From the NCBI GenBank assembly GCA_002633005.1, contig NMRA01000395.1, forward strand, positions 3,804 to 67,803: a DNA stretch of 64,000 nt, in the 5' to 3' direction. Each line of letters starts with the position of its first letter. Position 1 is the first letter of the stretch. The translations under genes and the position numbers were made by a program. This stretch comes from Phoronis australis (lineage: Eukaryota > Animalia > Phoronida). The notes under the pieces were generated by a model that was given only the letters and a program-made list of their open reading frames with translations, made no database searches and was not told where the DNA came from. Below are positions 1 to 11,841 of this stretch, one piece after another.

Positions 1-56
1 AACTGAGTACCACGTCCTTTTAAGTTATTGTTTCACGTTGTATGCTTAATTTCCAG

Positions 57-370
57 GGTCCTCATTCAAATTACGCATAACGTTACCGTCGAACTACCCA
101 TACGATCCTCCAGCAGTAAATTTCATCACGCCTATCTACCATCTTAACGTCAGCGCTGACTGGGGTCACGTGTGCATGGGTATTACGTCAGAGGAACTGT
201 GGGAGGCAACTGATAGGATTGAAGGTGTCCTGAACTCGTTGTACGCCATACTGCAAAATCCGCAACCGGACAACGCCGCTGACCAATCGACTTTACAAAC
301 ATTTGTTAAACAGAGATACGAGTACGACAGGATGGCAAGAATGAGTGCAGAGAAAGCTAAGGAAACCTGA
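57..370 (+). CDS. Last coding exon of a ubiquitin-conjugating enzyme E2 (UBC fold, C-terminal half); 5' part lies outside the window
   Basis: Acceptor ttccag at 51-56. The frame from 59 reads SSFKLRITLPSNYPYDPPAVNFITPIYHLNVSADWGHVCMGITSEELWEATDRIEGVLNSLYAILQNPQPDNAA...YDRMARMSAEKAKET*, matching the E2 motifs P.xYP..PP.v.F.T.I.HxN...G.vC, W and L..P. Catalytic Cys codon at 173-175. Confidence 0.92.
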
Positions 371-2370
371 CGGAACACGATAACATTACTTTGTTTGCAC
401 ACATTCCGTTTGGGACGTATTACACAAATGATTCAGATTGATGATCAAACAGTGTCATGTGCAGAATGATAGTTAAACGCAGGACGTGCCAGCTAAACAA
501 AATAGGAGACGTTAGCAGGCTACTTTATTGGCTGTATTGAGAGAGGCCGTTAATTAGTTATTTATTTAAAATGTTTCAATTTTAAAATTATTTTGCACCA
601 CAACAGTGCATGAGGTAAAAGCATTATTGTTACATTGACAAGGTAACAGAGTAACATTTACAAAATCTTTGTTGCGACAGATCTAATTCATGACGTCATC
701 GGACCAACCATGGTAAATGTTTAACAGTACAACAAAAATATGCAAAACAAAGATCAATTCTGAAACAAAGAAACATTGTAATAAAACCGGATGCCACACG
801 TACCGTGTTTAATTTTGATCTGCTTCTGATCTGAAGCTTTGTCATGGTGAAATGACTTTCGCGATTTCTTTCGAAAGTAGCCGTGTTAAATTTTCATATC
901 CATTCGAATTTTTCATTAAGCTGCTAAAGATCTGATTAGAGTAGACGATTAGACTTGTTCTCTTTAGGTTGATGCCATAACAAATGAAACAAAAAGGTAT
1001 TCCTGACGAAACCGTTGACTGCTAGACGTACATGTATACACTGTTGTAATACTCAACGGGGCAATATCGGGTTTACTGCTGAAAAAACACATTTTTGGAT
1101 CATCGTTGGATGGCACAGACTTCTTGAAGTTATTGGTTTTAACCAGATTCACAAAACAAAATTCGTTTTGTTTTTGTGATTTTATGACAAATCGCTAATT
1201 GTCACAGTTGTGTGTCACTCGGACATTCGCTGAATTCAAAGCCGGTAACTTCGCCGTTTAAATACACTTGAAGCCACATTAAACCAGTCCTTCATGTCAA
1301 AAAACAAGGTTTATTAAGTTAAGCAGCATGCAGTAATGAAACTGGTCTCATCGTGTTGAGTTTAAAAGTGACCTCTGGACTTGAGAAACTGTCAGTTAGT
1401 TACCTTTTCAGGCCAAGCCCAGAACTTTTCATAGGCCACGCCGTGATCAGAGAATTTAGAGCTTGGCGTTCAGAAGTAGAGAACTGCCAGTTCTTCCCAG
1501 GCACACTTATCTTCTAATCTCGTTAAGGAACGAGACGGGACCAATTTTATAGCGGTAAGTGGTCAACTCGCTTCTTGACCGCCGGTTTGGATGCCGCTAT
1601 AAAACACTCTGCCAACCGTCTGGAGTGAAGCTCCGCCAGCGGAGCGTTAAGATTGCGACCATGGGAATTGAGAAGTTGCAAATTTGGTGCCGGGATGATT
1701 TCATAAAGTATATTTTTTTCGCCGGCGATAAAAAATTGAACAAAATGTACCCAACCACATGACGTGACCCGGTTATGGAATCTTATATACAATTTAATGC
1801 ATGAAAAAGGCCTTTTGAAATCGTATACAAACAAACCACAAACGAGCATTATTGACTTGAAATGCCCTGTTTATGAAAACAGTAAACCGATAATTAGTAC
1901 CAGGGTGGTTTGACTAAAACTACTGTAAATCAAATTTTCATCACATAACTAACTTACTACTTTTGATACAGACCACCTAGCGTTACAAAGCCCGTTTCAA
2001 CGTGTTCTTTGCCGTTTGGGCTTTGGACTCGGACAATTCGTTGTATAGAGCTGGCGCCACGAAGGTGACGGTGAATATATAAAGTGGGCCTAACGAAGGG
2101 AATGCGACATCTACTGTGCATGGTCTCGCATAGAGAACGGTCAGAAATGTTTCTTCACGAGTTTATTTAGCACGCAAGCCGAGTACATATAAGTATAACC
2201 AAGTTTACAAAGCGAACAAGAGTGCAACAACTACATATGTAATGGGTACAGTGACGTATGTACGAATGACGTACTGCTGGGAACTAGAAACACAAATGAG
2301 GTAATATTGTGTTAGTACCACCGACAAGATGAAAGCAAAATAGACTTAACTGAGCATTAAAGTGCATTAA

Positions 2371-2870
2371 AGCGGGACTGAGGCTACGCAGCTACAATAA
2401 AGTTCTATATTAACGCGTGACTGAGGCTACACAGCTACTGTCATGTACTCATGGGGCCTACCTTAGGGGGGCTAGGACAGAGTACTAGCCAGGATTCTGC
2501 CTGTCAGACATTCGCAGTCCCAAACTTCCAAATGGAATCTGGGAGAATTTTAGAGGGGGGNCCCCTCTAAATCCGCCGCTGGTAATAGCCATACAAGGGC
2601 GGCGCAGCACTGAAAAAAGTGGGGGAATATAGTCCCCCCAGCCCCCTATGGGTCGCCGCCCATGCTATAAAGCGTAACTGAAGCTACACAGCTACTGTCA
2701 TGTACTATAAAGCGTGACTGAGGCTACTCAGCTACTGTCATGTACCAAAAGCGGGTCTGAGGCAACGTGGCTATTGTCATGTACTGTATCGCGTAATTGA
2801 GGCTGCACAGCGTCTGTCATGTACTATAAACCCTGACTGAGGCTGCACCGGCCGCTACTGTCATGTACTA
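2371..2870. repeat. Minisatellite, ~40-bp unit (gcgtgactgaggctacacagctactgtcatgtactataaa), about 7 degenerate copies, interrupted by an insertion
   Basis: Recurrent gactgaggcta...gctactgtcatgtac at 2371-2449 and 2665-2870. Confidence 0.85.
2450..2664. mobile_element. GC-rich non-autonomous DNA element(s) inserted in the minisatellite
   Basis: Ends CATGGG...CCCATG flanked by CT/CT (2448-2449, 2665-2666). The internal segment cagagtactagccaggattctgcctgtcagacattcgca is homologous to 58591-58630. Contains a single n at 2561. Confidence 0.7.
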
Positions 2871-4120
2871 TGCACATGAAATTACAGCTGACGGCAGTTA
2901 GTATTAACAAGTAGTGAACACTGAACTACTGTTGCAGTTTTCCCACCTAGGGCTCAACTCAACACAAATGTCATCAGAACAATTTCCACTTTGAGATTAG
3001 AGCACAATTGCACTCCTCTGGCATTCACCATTTTTATTGGTTATCATCTTCTATAGATAATCAAATGAACATAAACTAAACTGTGTTATAAATCACTCTG
3101 CAACTGCAGTGCAATGGATTCAAGCACACGTACATGTATACATGCAGCACTGGTCACGTGTCCACTACATGAGGCTCGTCAGCTGAGCGTCTGGTTGCAG
3201 CCGCGTAGTGACCAAGTTCGGGGAAGCGATCAAAGTTCGTCTGCTGGCATTCATGTGAGCACTCCTGTTGCTGCGGGGAAGTTGTTATCTAAGGCTTTCA
3301 ACAGTCGAGTGTATTATTTTTCCTCAACTTCTCTTGCAGCGCTATTCATGTATGCGCAAAGAATTCTTCTATTTTTGTCAACTGGGTTTTACCATACCAC
3401 TATAACGGGCTAGACCAAAAAGTTATGAGGCTTACGCCTATCGAAAGCTTCTACGTCAAATAGGTTTTACCTCACTGCATGACGAGTGGGCTAGGTCAAA
3501 AGTTAGTCTACTCTCATCAATCGACAGCTGAGGTTGGTCACACGTGTATGTATATGCAGACGGGCCTTCAAAAGTAATTAGGACGTGCACAGTGAATGAA
3601 AACCTGGACAAAAACACTCGACCCAGAAGCCGAGAGAACCTGAAACACTCAGCACCTGAATAATTACATCAGGGCTACACACCAGCTCGCCCAAACAATT
3701 AATCACATACCGTTCTTGGTTTACCCAATACTAAGAACATGATAATAAGAAATTTGACCCGACATTTTTACTACAGGAATGTGTGCAGTATTGGTAACCC
3801 GCAAGTTGATGTCAAGATCGGCTTCCAGAATTAAACTGACATATCACGTGCAATTATTGCTATTTGTTGCACTGATACCAGTTATTCGCTAATATGTAAG
3901 GACGCTAGTTTGAGATAAGTAAACTCTTCCCAAGCGTTACCCTTAAAAACGACAAGCCCAGGGGAAGTTGGGAAGTCACAGTGTCACAGTCCGAAGAAAA
4001 ATATCCCTGTGGGTCATAAAAAGCGTTTTTGGGATCGCCCTTCTAAATCCAAGTAATCCCATTTCCAACGGTTGCTAATCGCCTAATTCTCAGTACGAAA
4101 ACAAGTCTACTGAAGCATAA

Positions 4121-4240
4121 GAGGAGGCATTGTGGCCTAGTGTGATAGGTGCCCGCCTTCTTTACTCGAGGTCGTGGGTTCGAGTTCCACTGGGCCACAC
4201 TGCTAAACCCTTGAGTCAGGTTTCTAGCTCCTCAGCTCGG
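4121..4240 (+). mobile_element. tRNA-derived SINE head
   Basis: Pol III A box TGGCCTAGTG (4133-4142) and B box GGTTCGAGTTCC (4177-4188), followed by a non-tRNA body (cccttgagtcagg). No proper acceptor stem. Confidence 0.65.
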
Positions 4241-4589
4241 TTTTAACTATATATTAATAAAGCACAGAAATAGTTCCAGGTGATTAGTGCAATGAGCCCA
4301 CATGCGGCGGCCTGCGTACGTCTGCAATTTTGATATATTTTTTACTGAAGCAAATTGTTCTTACAATTTAGCAATATATGGGACTGTCTCTGCTAACATA
4401 TTAAAAATCATAGGCACTGATACTTGTTGAAGTGCAATTATTGAGTTATAGTAACCTGTTGGAGAGACATTTTTCTCAGTTTCATTCTACTAGAGTTGAT
4501 TGATCCATGCATGAAGGAAATAACAAGCTAGAGTAAAAGAGGCGGGAATTCTGGTTCACATTCTAGCAGAAGATTCCCTTAAAACGTGT

Positions 4590-4906
4590 TCATTCTTCAC
4601 TGGTTAATTTGGCCTCAAATTTGAAGAAAGTCTTACAGTGCGGACACTGAACCTCTTTGTCCTTGGGAGTGACGCGTGCGCACAAAGACTTACAGCCGGG
4701 ACATGGCACGACACCCCCCAATGCATTGCGGGCATAATTCATTGATAGTTTGGTCTCGAATTCGGTTGCCTCGTTCTTTGATAGCGAGCAATACTGGCGG
4801 ACTTCTTCATACCTCCACTCGACATCACAACCTTCTTTGGGACACACGAACCGAGATTGACCTGCATTCATGCGGGAGCGGCAAAAATTCTTCAGACAAT
4901 CTGGAT
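4590..4906 (-). CDS. Last exon of the RBR-like gene (RING1 C-half + IBR N-half)
   Basis: Acceptor ttctttcacag (AG at 4908-4907). Cys pattern C-x-CP-x-C..W..CPGC..C..CPHC, stop at 4592-4590. Confidence 0.85.
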
Positions 4907-6032
4907 CTGTGAAAGAATATCATACGGGATTGTAATATCGAAAAGGCAACATAAAAAGAAACATATACATGTAGTGCGCTCATTATTATTTGTTTGTTTG
5001 AATTTCGGATAAACTTACCCATAGCATGCATGCATGGCATAGTAAACTTAATTTTGTTGTTTGGTTTATTCAGTTTACTGCCGGTGGCCGTGTTCGCCTG
5101 CTGATTGCCCGTTTTGAACACTACGGATACATCGCCATTCTCCAACACCTTGGTGGACACGACGTCACTGTCGTCATCTGTAAGGAAATGTGTACGAATA
5201 TAATTATTACAGGTCTTGTTGAAGCTTTCTTTCGTTTTTGTAAGGAGATATTCTTGCAGGGTAGGAGGGGCGGGGAGGAACACCGGCAACACACCCAATC
5301 AACTCAAACCAGCCATTTGCTTTGCTATTTCTCCCGTCGCCTCCAGTTTCACCCTCAAATAGCCGCAAATACCTCCTCCATGTAGCTTGAATATTCTGGT
5401 CACCGTTGAGGGCGCTTTTTTGGTCGGTGTGCCCCCGTCCGACCTGCGCCTGTGAAAATATTTTATTCTCCTAATTTCATCATAAAATGTGAATGACTAC
5501 AACGGAAAACAAAATTAAGGAATGAAACATTGTTATTCGTTTGTTAAACTATTATAACGCATTTTTTATTTTTAACAGCACAACCCAGTCAGGCTATAGA
5601 ATACGATCTTATTGTGACGAAAGCAATTATCGAACAAAAGAGAGCTGTCCCTCTAACCATAAAAACAAGTAGCAATTCAGTTTATCAATCGTGTAACATA
5701 TATTGGCGACTGATCAACCAGCCTGTATACAATCGAAAATTTGGGGTCAATTGGAGAGCGCAATTCATTCTCGCTCAACTGACCCGGTTACACTGTGAAA
5801 AATTGTCTACAGATAAAAGCAACTGAAGGTGAACTGGTGGCATTTCACTATATATGGAGCATGATGTGTTTGGCTTGACAAACCGAAGTACAGTACTGAA
5901 ACCTGTTCGTGAAAACTCAAAAATCTCTTTCATGATTCCCGCGTCATGCTCTTGGAACCTTTCATCAATAGTTACTACAACTACCGTGGAGTTGTCTGGC
6001 ATCTGTGCTCTTAAAGAAACTCCGACAAACAT
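4590..6032 (-). CDS. Four-exon gene (6032-5884, 5449-5373, 5177-5019, 4906-4590; 233 aa): Ubl-like domain ending in GG + RBR-type RING1-like + truncated IBR
   Basis: All junctions are GT-AG and the phases chain (2,1,1); total 702 nt. The spliced protein contains STVTRIFKLHGG, MPCMHAMDPDCLKNFCRSRMNAGQSRFVCPKEGC..W and CPGCKSLCAR...VQCPHCK. The last two exons are firm; the first two are less certain. Confidence 0.7.
5019..5177 (-). CDS. Internal exon of the RBR-like gene (linker + MPCMHAM)
   Basis: Acceptor tttccttacag, donor G|GTAAGT at 5018, phase 1/1. Joins in frame to DPDCLKNF. Confidence 0.8.
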
Positions 6033-7203
6033 AAAAAGTCTTTCACTAAAATAGGCGCACTGAAAGCCATCTCGAAATTGGCTGGATATGAAGACTAACT
6101 GGTTCAAACACATCAAACTTCCCTCTAGAATAGACGCCTACAACATTTACTGATAGTTGCACAGGTCTTCATCATCAATCCACATCATACAGTACATCAG
6201 TGAACCTTTAATCCCAGAATATTGAATCTTTGCATTCCCAGTGTCAACACAACAAAACAGATAACCTGCACAGTTTTAGATTTTTAGCATCCTATCTTTG
6301 GAACTCAATAGACAACCCACCAAAAAACGCAAAAACACTTCAAACTTTCCAAACACGGAATCCAAAAATTTAGAGACCAGTCTATTTTTGTGTAATTTAC
6401 TTTAAGCTTTTTATACTCTATTTATCAGTTTATTTTATCTCATACTATTTACTTGCTAGACTTTAGTTTTATATTGTACAAATGTTTGTCACATCTTACA
6501 AGTGCAAAGTTGTATTTCATCTATCCGCTAGTTTTGTGGTCAATGTGTATACATGTATATGTCAAGTTCATATTGTATCTCAACGTAGCAATTATTTATC
6601 GACATCTATGAAGTTATTTATTACACGTACCTCATTACACTTTCATTACCTAGAGATCTAGATTACAATGGCTCATGTATTTTTTGTTAGTCAGCTTCTC
6701 CCCTTTTAGCTCCTACGAGTATCTTTTCATTTTATAAATAGCTGTGTATTTGTACATGTGTAAATACTCCTTGTTATTTTTGTTATCAATTTGATACCTT
6801 TGCTTCATCCAACTAGCCTTAAGCTGCTTTTTGTATTTGTGAATGCGCGCGTTTAAATAAAGATGTATGATGTGTGTATGTAATACTGTACTGCAAGACG
6901 AACGTCCCCATATCAGTTGATATTGTCAAACACATGTTGGCCGAGTCCCAGTTGAATGACCCACTTAACGACTTACAGTGCACCGGGATTTTCCCAAACA
7001 CTATGTGGTATCATCTACGGGATTTTTTGTAGTCATTTCCCCGTATTGGAGATTTTATGATTCTTAGTAAGAGTTCTTCCGTATCGACGGTTGATGCATT
7101 ATTTCAACAACTCCAAGATTCACCAAAAATGTAAATGTCAACAAGAAAATTAACATACATGCACAAAGGTTTCCAAAACTTAACAAAGAAAAGTTTATTT
7201 CGG

Positions 7204-7617
7204 CTATGAATGCTTACCTAATCCACAGTTAGGAGGGGAGAAGCAATTTAAACGTTTCATAATAGAAATCAGCAAATCCATCACTTTGTTGTACTTCTTG
7301 TTCATTTCCACATCTTGTTCCTTCAAAAAATTCATAATCAGGTTCGTCTGGTCACGAGAACCCGTTTCGATGGCGATCCCAACATCTTTTGCCAATTTCA
7401 CGATTTGCCGCGTTACCTCAATCGAGTGCTCTCGCACGGTCTCTCGTGTTTTTTCATGTTCATCCAGAATTGTGACTACAGTGTATTTGGTTTGTTGATG
7501 AGCTACGTCTTGAAGAGAATGGCACACATCGTCACTGCAACTTTGGATATGTTTCAAAGTCTTGGAGGAGTGCTTTACTAAGACATCTTGTAAATGTTCG
7601 TTGACTTCACCAGGCAT
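7204..7617 (-). CDS. Orphan 137-aa predicted all-helical protein with 11-residue hydrophobic periodicity
   Basis: ATG at 7617, 36 nt after acceptor gttttttgcag (7655-7654). Upstream donor GAG|GTAAGT at 8063. AATAAA on the minus strand at 7199-7194, just after the stop. Confidence 0.6.
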   Translation of the reverse strand: MPGEVNEHLQDVLVKHSSKTLKHIQSCSDDVCHSLQDVAHQQTKYTVVTILDEHEKTRETVREHSIEVTRQIVKLAKDVGIAIETGSRDQTNLIMNFLKEQDVEMNKKYNKVMDLLISIMKRLNCFSPPNCGLGKHS

Positions 7618-8983
7618 TGTTGAGGTTTTGAACCATACTATACACTGTGTAAACTGCAAAAAACGCGACTACAGATTAGCTGTAACCAGATTAATCGACA
7701 GTGCTATACTGTAAATACTGAGCCTCACAATGCTAGTTCATTCGTATCTCAAGCCACAGGCAATGTGCACGACTTGCGCCTGTTTCGAACTCTCAATTTT
7801 AGGGTTGGAGTCAAACCAAATCAAGCGTGTTCTTTAATTAATCGTCAATGATTTCTGTGAAATGTCCTTGTTGACAATGGAAATAGAATCCTATCGCGGT
7901 AATGAGAACGATTTCATGATGGGTAGTAACAACTGAGCCAACTTCACGATGTTGCATTTTAGCCCGCTAATCAGGACGAAACATGAAAATGCCCTGCGAT
8001 CGATCAAGTTGGATTTAGCACTACCAGCAAAGCGTCGTACAGCGATATCGGAAAACAACTTACCTCGCCAATAAATTCAATTTTTGCCAAACATGACAAA
8101 CATTGGTCATTTAACCACGAACAAAAGGATCAAAATTTTGCATTTAAAAATACTTTGAATGCATTATATTCGCAGAATTCCCTGCAACAGAGAAAGTGCA
8201 CGTTTGACTGAACCCAGTCTAGCCACAGGCCTGTCGCGGCTACACACACTGCTAAAACTTATGTCGCAGTGTACTGGCTACCGGTAACGGAGAATATAGT
8301 TTATGCGAAGGACATGTTACGTTGAAGTTGCACGAAATAAAACATTCGACGTACATTTCAATGTTTTTCATACAAACCACGTGAGAAGGAATTAAAGAGG
8401 GGCATCGAATTCAAGTTTTGTTTTGCACGTAGGCTTACACGTAGTATAACGTGAACAGCTCTTACCGTTATGGCTGCTTAGTCAGTTCTGACGTTCTTAG
8501 AACTATTGGGTGATCTTTATATAGTAGTCGAACTCGTCTCGTCCAATATCATACAGTACAAAAAGTTTTGTCCCTAGAAGATGCCTTACTTACATTAACG
8601 AGCTTGCACTGACTGTTGCAACAAAAGAGTCAACACAAAACATAGGGAATGACGTTAGTCTGGGAAATTCCGGATTGGTGGAGCGACATCTTGTGTTCAG
8701 CTCGGATAAGTTAATAAAAACAGAAAGTCGTACCCCATAGCAGAACCCGCCGTAACTTCTCAGGTACAATGACACAATGTAATATGTTCATTATTAAATT
8801 GCAAAAATGATAACATTAATTATAATGTTCTAAAAATACCTATCATAGCAGGGACAAGTTATTGGGGGGAGAGGGGGCCCAAACCAATTTGCCAAATTAC
8901 CCCCCGCCACACCTTCCTATCGCCCCCACATCCCTACCCTCCGTTCTCCGGATACCTCCCATAGGCGGATTTAGGGGGGGGGG

Positions 8984-9054
8984 NNNNNNNNNNNNNNNNN
9001 NNNNNNNNNNNNNNNNNNNNNNNNNNNNNNNNNNNNNNNNNNNNNNNNNNNNNN
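8984..9054. other. Assembly gap (71 N) in a poly-G tract
   Basis: Run of N. Confidence 0.99.
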
Positions 9055-9604
9055 GGGGCAGGGGGCACCCCTCCCTTGGCTGCCGCAAAAAAATAAAACA
9101 GCAAGAGCGTAGTGTCAAATTCGGAAAACGGCGCATTCGTAAGGGAACTAATCTACTGTATGGCTAAGTATAAGCTCTCCCGTGATATCCCAAGCGACCG
9201 GCAGTGGCGCTGCGCACTACGACTCCGTTTCCGTCGTCTGCTCCACTGTGCAATGAAGAAATTTACTTCATTTTTTAAAGAAAATGGAACCTGAGTGACG
9301 ATCATGAACAAACAGAAACTGCTGGTAAGATGTGAATTTTAATCAAAGCCTTGGTGAATAACTCAGTAACTCATAATTCTCTCTTTGTCAAACCTTAACT
9401 TAAGACGATTTCCAAAGCAATCCCGTCATTATTGCCAACACGAAAAACGGATTTGGTCTTTTGGGCATTTGAAGACTATTTTAAATACAACAAATTTGTT
9501 AAGAACCGATTGCACAAAATATAAAACGTGTAATAAGCATTACAAAAAGAAGTAGGTTTCGCGCGCAAACGCTGTGGACCACAAACAAGTAGGTCTTTTA
9601 AATC

Positions 9605-9675
9605 GTGGTGGTGTAGTGGTAAAGCACGCGCAATCTATCCGCGAGGTCGTAAGTTCGAGTCTGTGGTGCGTGCGG
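9605..9675 (+). pseudogene. tRNA-like (SINE-head) segment inside the 8960-9890 element
   Basis: TGGTGTAGTGG A box and AGTTCGAGTCT B-box-like at tRNA spacing; stems degenerate. Confidence 0.5.
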
Positions 9676-10637
9676 TTTGACATGTTCTCCGTGTTTTTTT
9701 TTTGCCTTTTTTTCTTGGATAATACTTCAGGAATCAAGGAAAATGCTTGATTTTTAGAGGAAAAAACAGAAACCCCCCCTCCCGACCTCCCCCATTCGGT
9801 GCTATACGCATCTACAATCGTGGTTTGCGTAAATGCTTGCAGCCGGACAAAAAGTTGGGCCCCTCTTGTGATATCCTAGATCCGCCACTGCCTCCCACGT
9901 CCGGCATAGGTGTGTGTGTGGGGGAGGGGGGCAATCCCAGTGATGCAGCCATCAAGATTTGAGTAACCGTGCACCAACAAATCTTCACGGAGAGCAAAAT
10001 TGGGCCTAGGGCCAGCGCACTGATGGGTAGCTTCATTGGGGCTGCCTCAATTAACTGTAGTTGCGATCTAACACTGTGACAATACGAAATTCGATGAACT
10101 AAAGCTAGTCACTCGAAGCCGAGGTATTATTCACTACAGGCAAGCAACTTAGCTCGTACATGTATCTATCCGTCTGCCCTAAGGTCATGAATCGTTTTCT
10201 TACGATAAAGTTTCGGGAAAAGTTCGTTTTATGCTGGTCATTCGTTGAAGGAAGTTTTGGAAAAGGTGGATTCCGAAGTCTCTGGTATAGTGCAACTGGG
10301 GCTGTTTCAAAATTCCTTGTTGAAACACGGCCTGTAGTCCAGTTTGAGGTGGCTGGATAAAATGATACATTGTGTGTACGTGTACCGAAATGTACACATT
10401 TCAACGCCTGAAGTTCAAATACAATTTCCGTGGATAACTCAGCCTCTGCGAAGGCGTACTGCATGGTTACACCTTATTTTTAACGTGGGTTCGTCAGTCA
10501 CGATGTGCTCCGTCTGTGTAGTATGCACGGGAATGGCAGTTTTGACTAACAAACATTCATTACGCAATACTACTGGAAACCAAGGAAGTGCAAAACCAAC
10601 ATTTACAAGTTAATGAGTAATGAGTTTAATTTTATTT

Positions 10638-11349
10638 ATTTAATGTCTTAAAATTCTTTTTCGATAGGCGGTTTGTGAATTTAAGCCGCTAATTTATTTC
10701 CTAAGTGAATAAACAATTATTGTCATTTGAATTATAAGAACATTTTGGTACACTTTGTAGAACTGTCCGACATTCATCGATGTCCTTGAGACTTATTTCA
10801 GGTAGACAAAAATCGTTTAGTATACTTCGTTATTTGGGAATTTGATGATAGATCGAATTTTCCCAATGTCAGCTTGATACTAAGTTCAGTGAAGCATCCT
10901 TATTTCTTACCAAATTAGCTTTTAATTGCCAAAAAATCATCTGTCATTTTCGTAGATACATAAACATGTAATTGAGAAACCAACAAGCAAACCAACGCGC
11001 TTACCTTGATTTAATGTCTTAATTCCTTTTTGACCTCCTGTTTGTGAGTTTAAACCACAAACTATGCCTAATTCAAACATCAATGCATATATTTTCATCT
11101 GAATTGTGATTATATTTTTGGGAACTGCCCGAATTTCATCAATGTCTTTGAGAGTTATTTTAGATTGGCAAAAATCGTCTAAGTATATGACTTAACTATT
11201 TGGGGTTATGGGATTATAGAGTTTTCCAACTTCAGGTTGCAACTAAATTCACTGAAAAATCATCAAGATTAGCTTTTAATTGTCAAAAATAATCTATGAA
11301 TTTGTCGAATTTCGTAGATACGTAGACATGTAAATCAGAATCCAACAAA
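10638..11349. repeat. Old diverged tandem duplication, period ~371 bp
   Basis: atttaatgtctta..tttgtga.tttaa at 10638 and 11009. Further matched blocks attagcttttaattg and ttcgtagatac..a.acatgtaa occur in both copies. Confidence 0.8.
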
Positions 11350-11841
11350 TGTTTTTATCAAAACGGAATGTTATAAGCAATTTCTGTAGGTATGCTCGAA
11401 GAAGATTTTTTTATGGGTAACGGGGGGGGGGGACATTGGAGACGGGGCATTCGTATTAAGGTGCATTTTTGCTAATTTCATAAGTACCTATAACGGTTCA
11501 CGAGTTAAAGTTGAACTCCAAAAAACGCTGAAATCTTTGTTTAGGATTTCGAGTACTTTGAGAACCCCTGTTCGACATGTACACGGTCATCACAAATCGT
11601 AGCCCTGGCAGTCTTTTGTCAGGCGCAAATTCCTTACAAATAACTCCTAGCAACGATACTATATTTGATACTATTGGAAATAGTTTGTTTTGTGTAATTC
11701 ACAAAATAGTGGTCTTTACGATCTGCAAAATTCCACCTTTTCGATGGCGGTCAATCCTATTGTATGTTTCACATTTTTGGTTGTTTGGGTTGAATGTCTT
11801 TATACTTGGCAGTGTCGAATTTACTTGTATAGAAGGATATA

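Larger units (their letters stand above)
8960..9890. mobile_element. Non-autonomous DNA transposon with CAxxGGCGGATxTAG TIRs and 2-bp TSD (CMC/EnSpm-like ends)
   Basis: Left end CATAGGCGGATTTAG, right end CTAGATCCGCCACTG, CC/CC flanks. Spans the N gap. Confidence 0.7.

Noticed and set aside
2371-2870. CRISPR-like regularly spaced repeats
   Set aside because: Units are contiguous degenerate tandem copies with no unique spacers and no cas genes; the context is eukaryotic.
4121-4200. Functional tRNA gene
   Set aside because: A/B boxes are present, but the acceptor and anticodon stems do not pair and the sequence runs into a SINE-like body.
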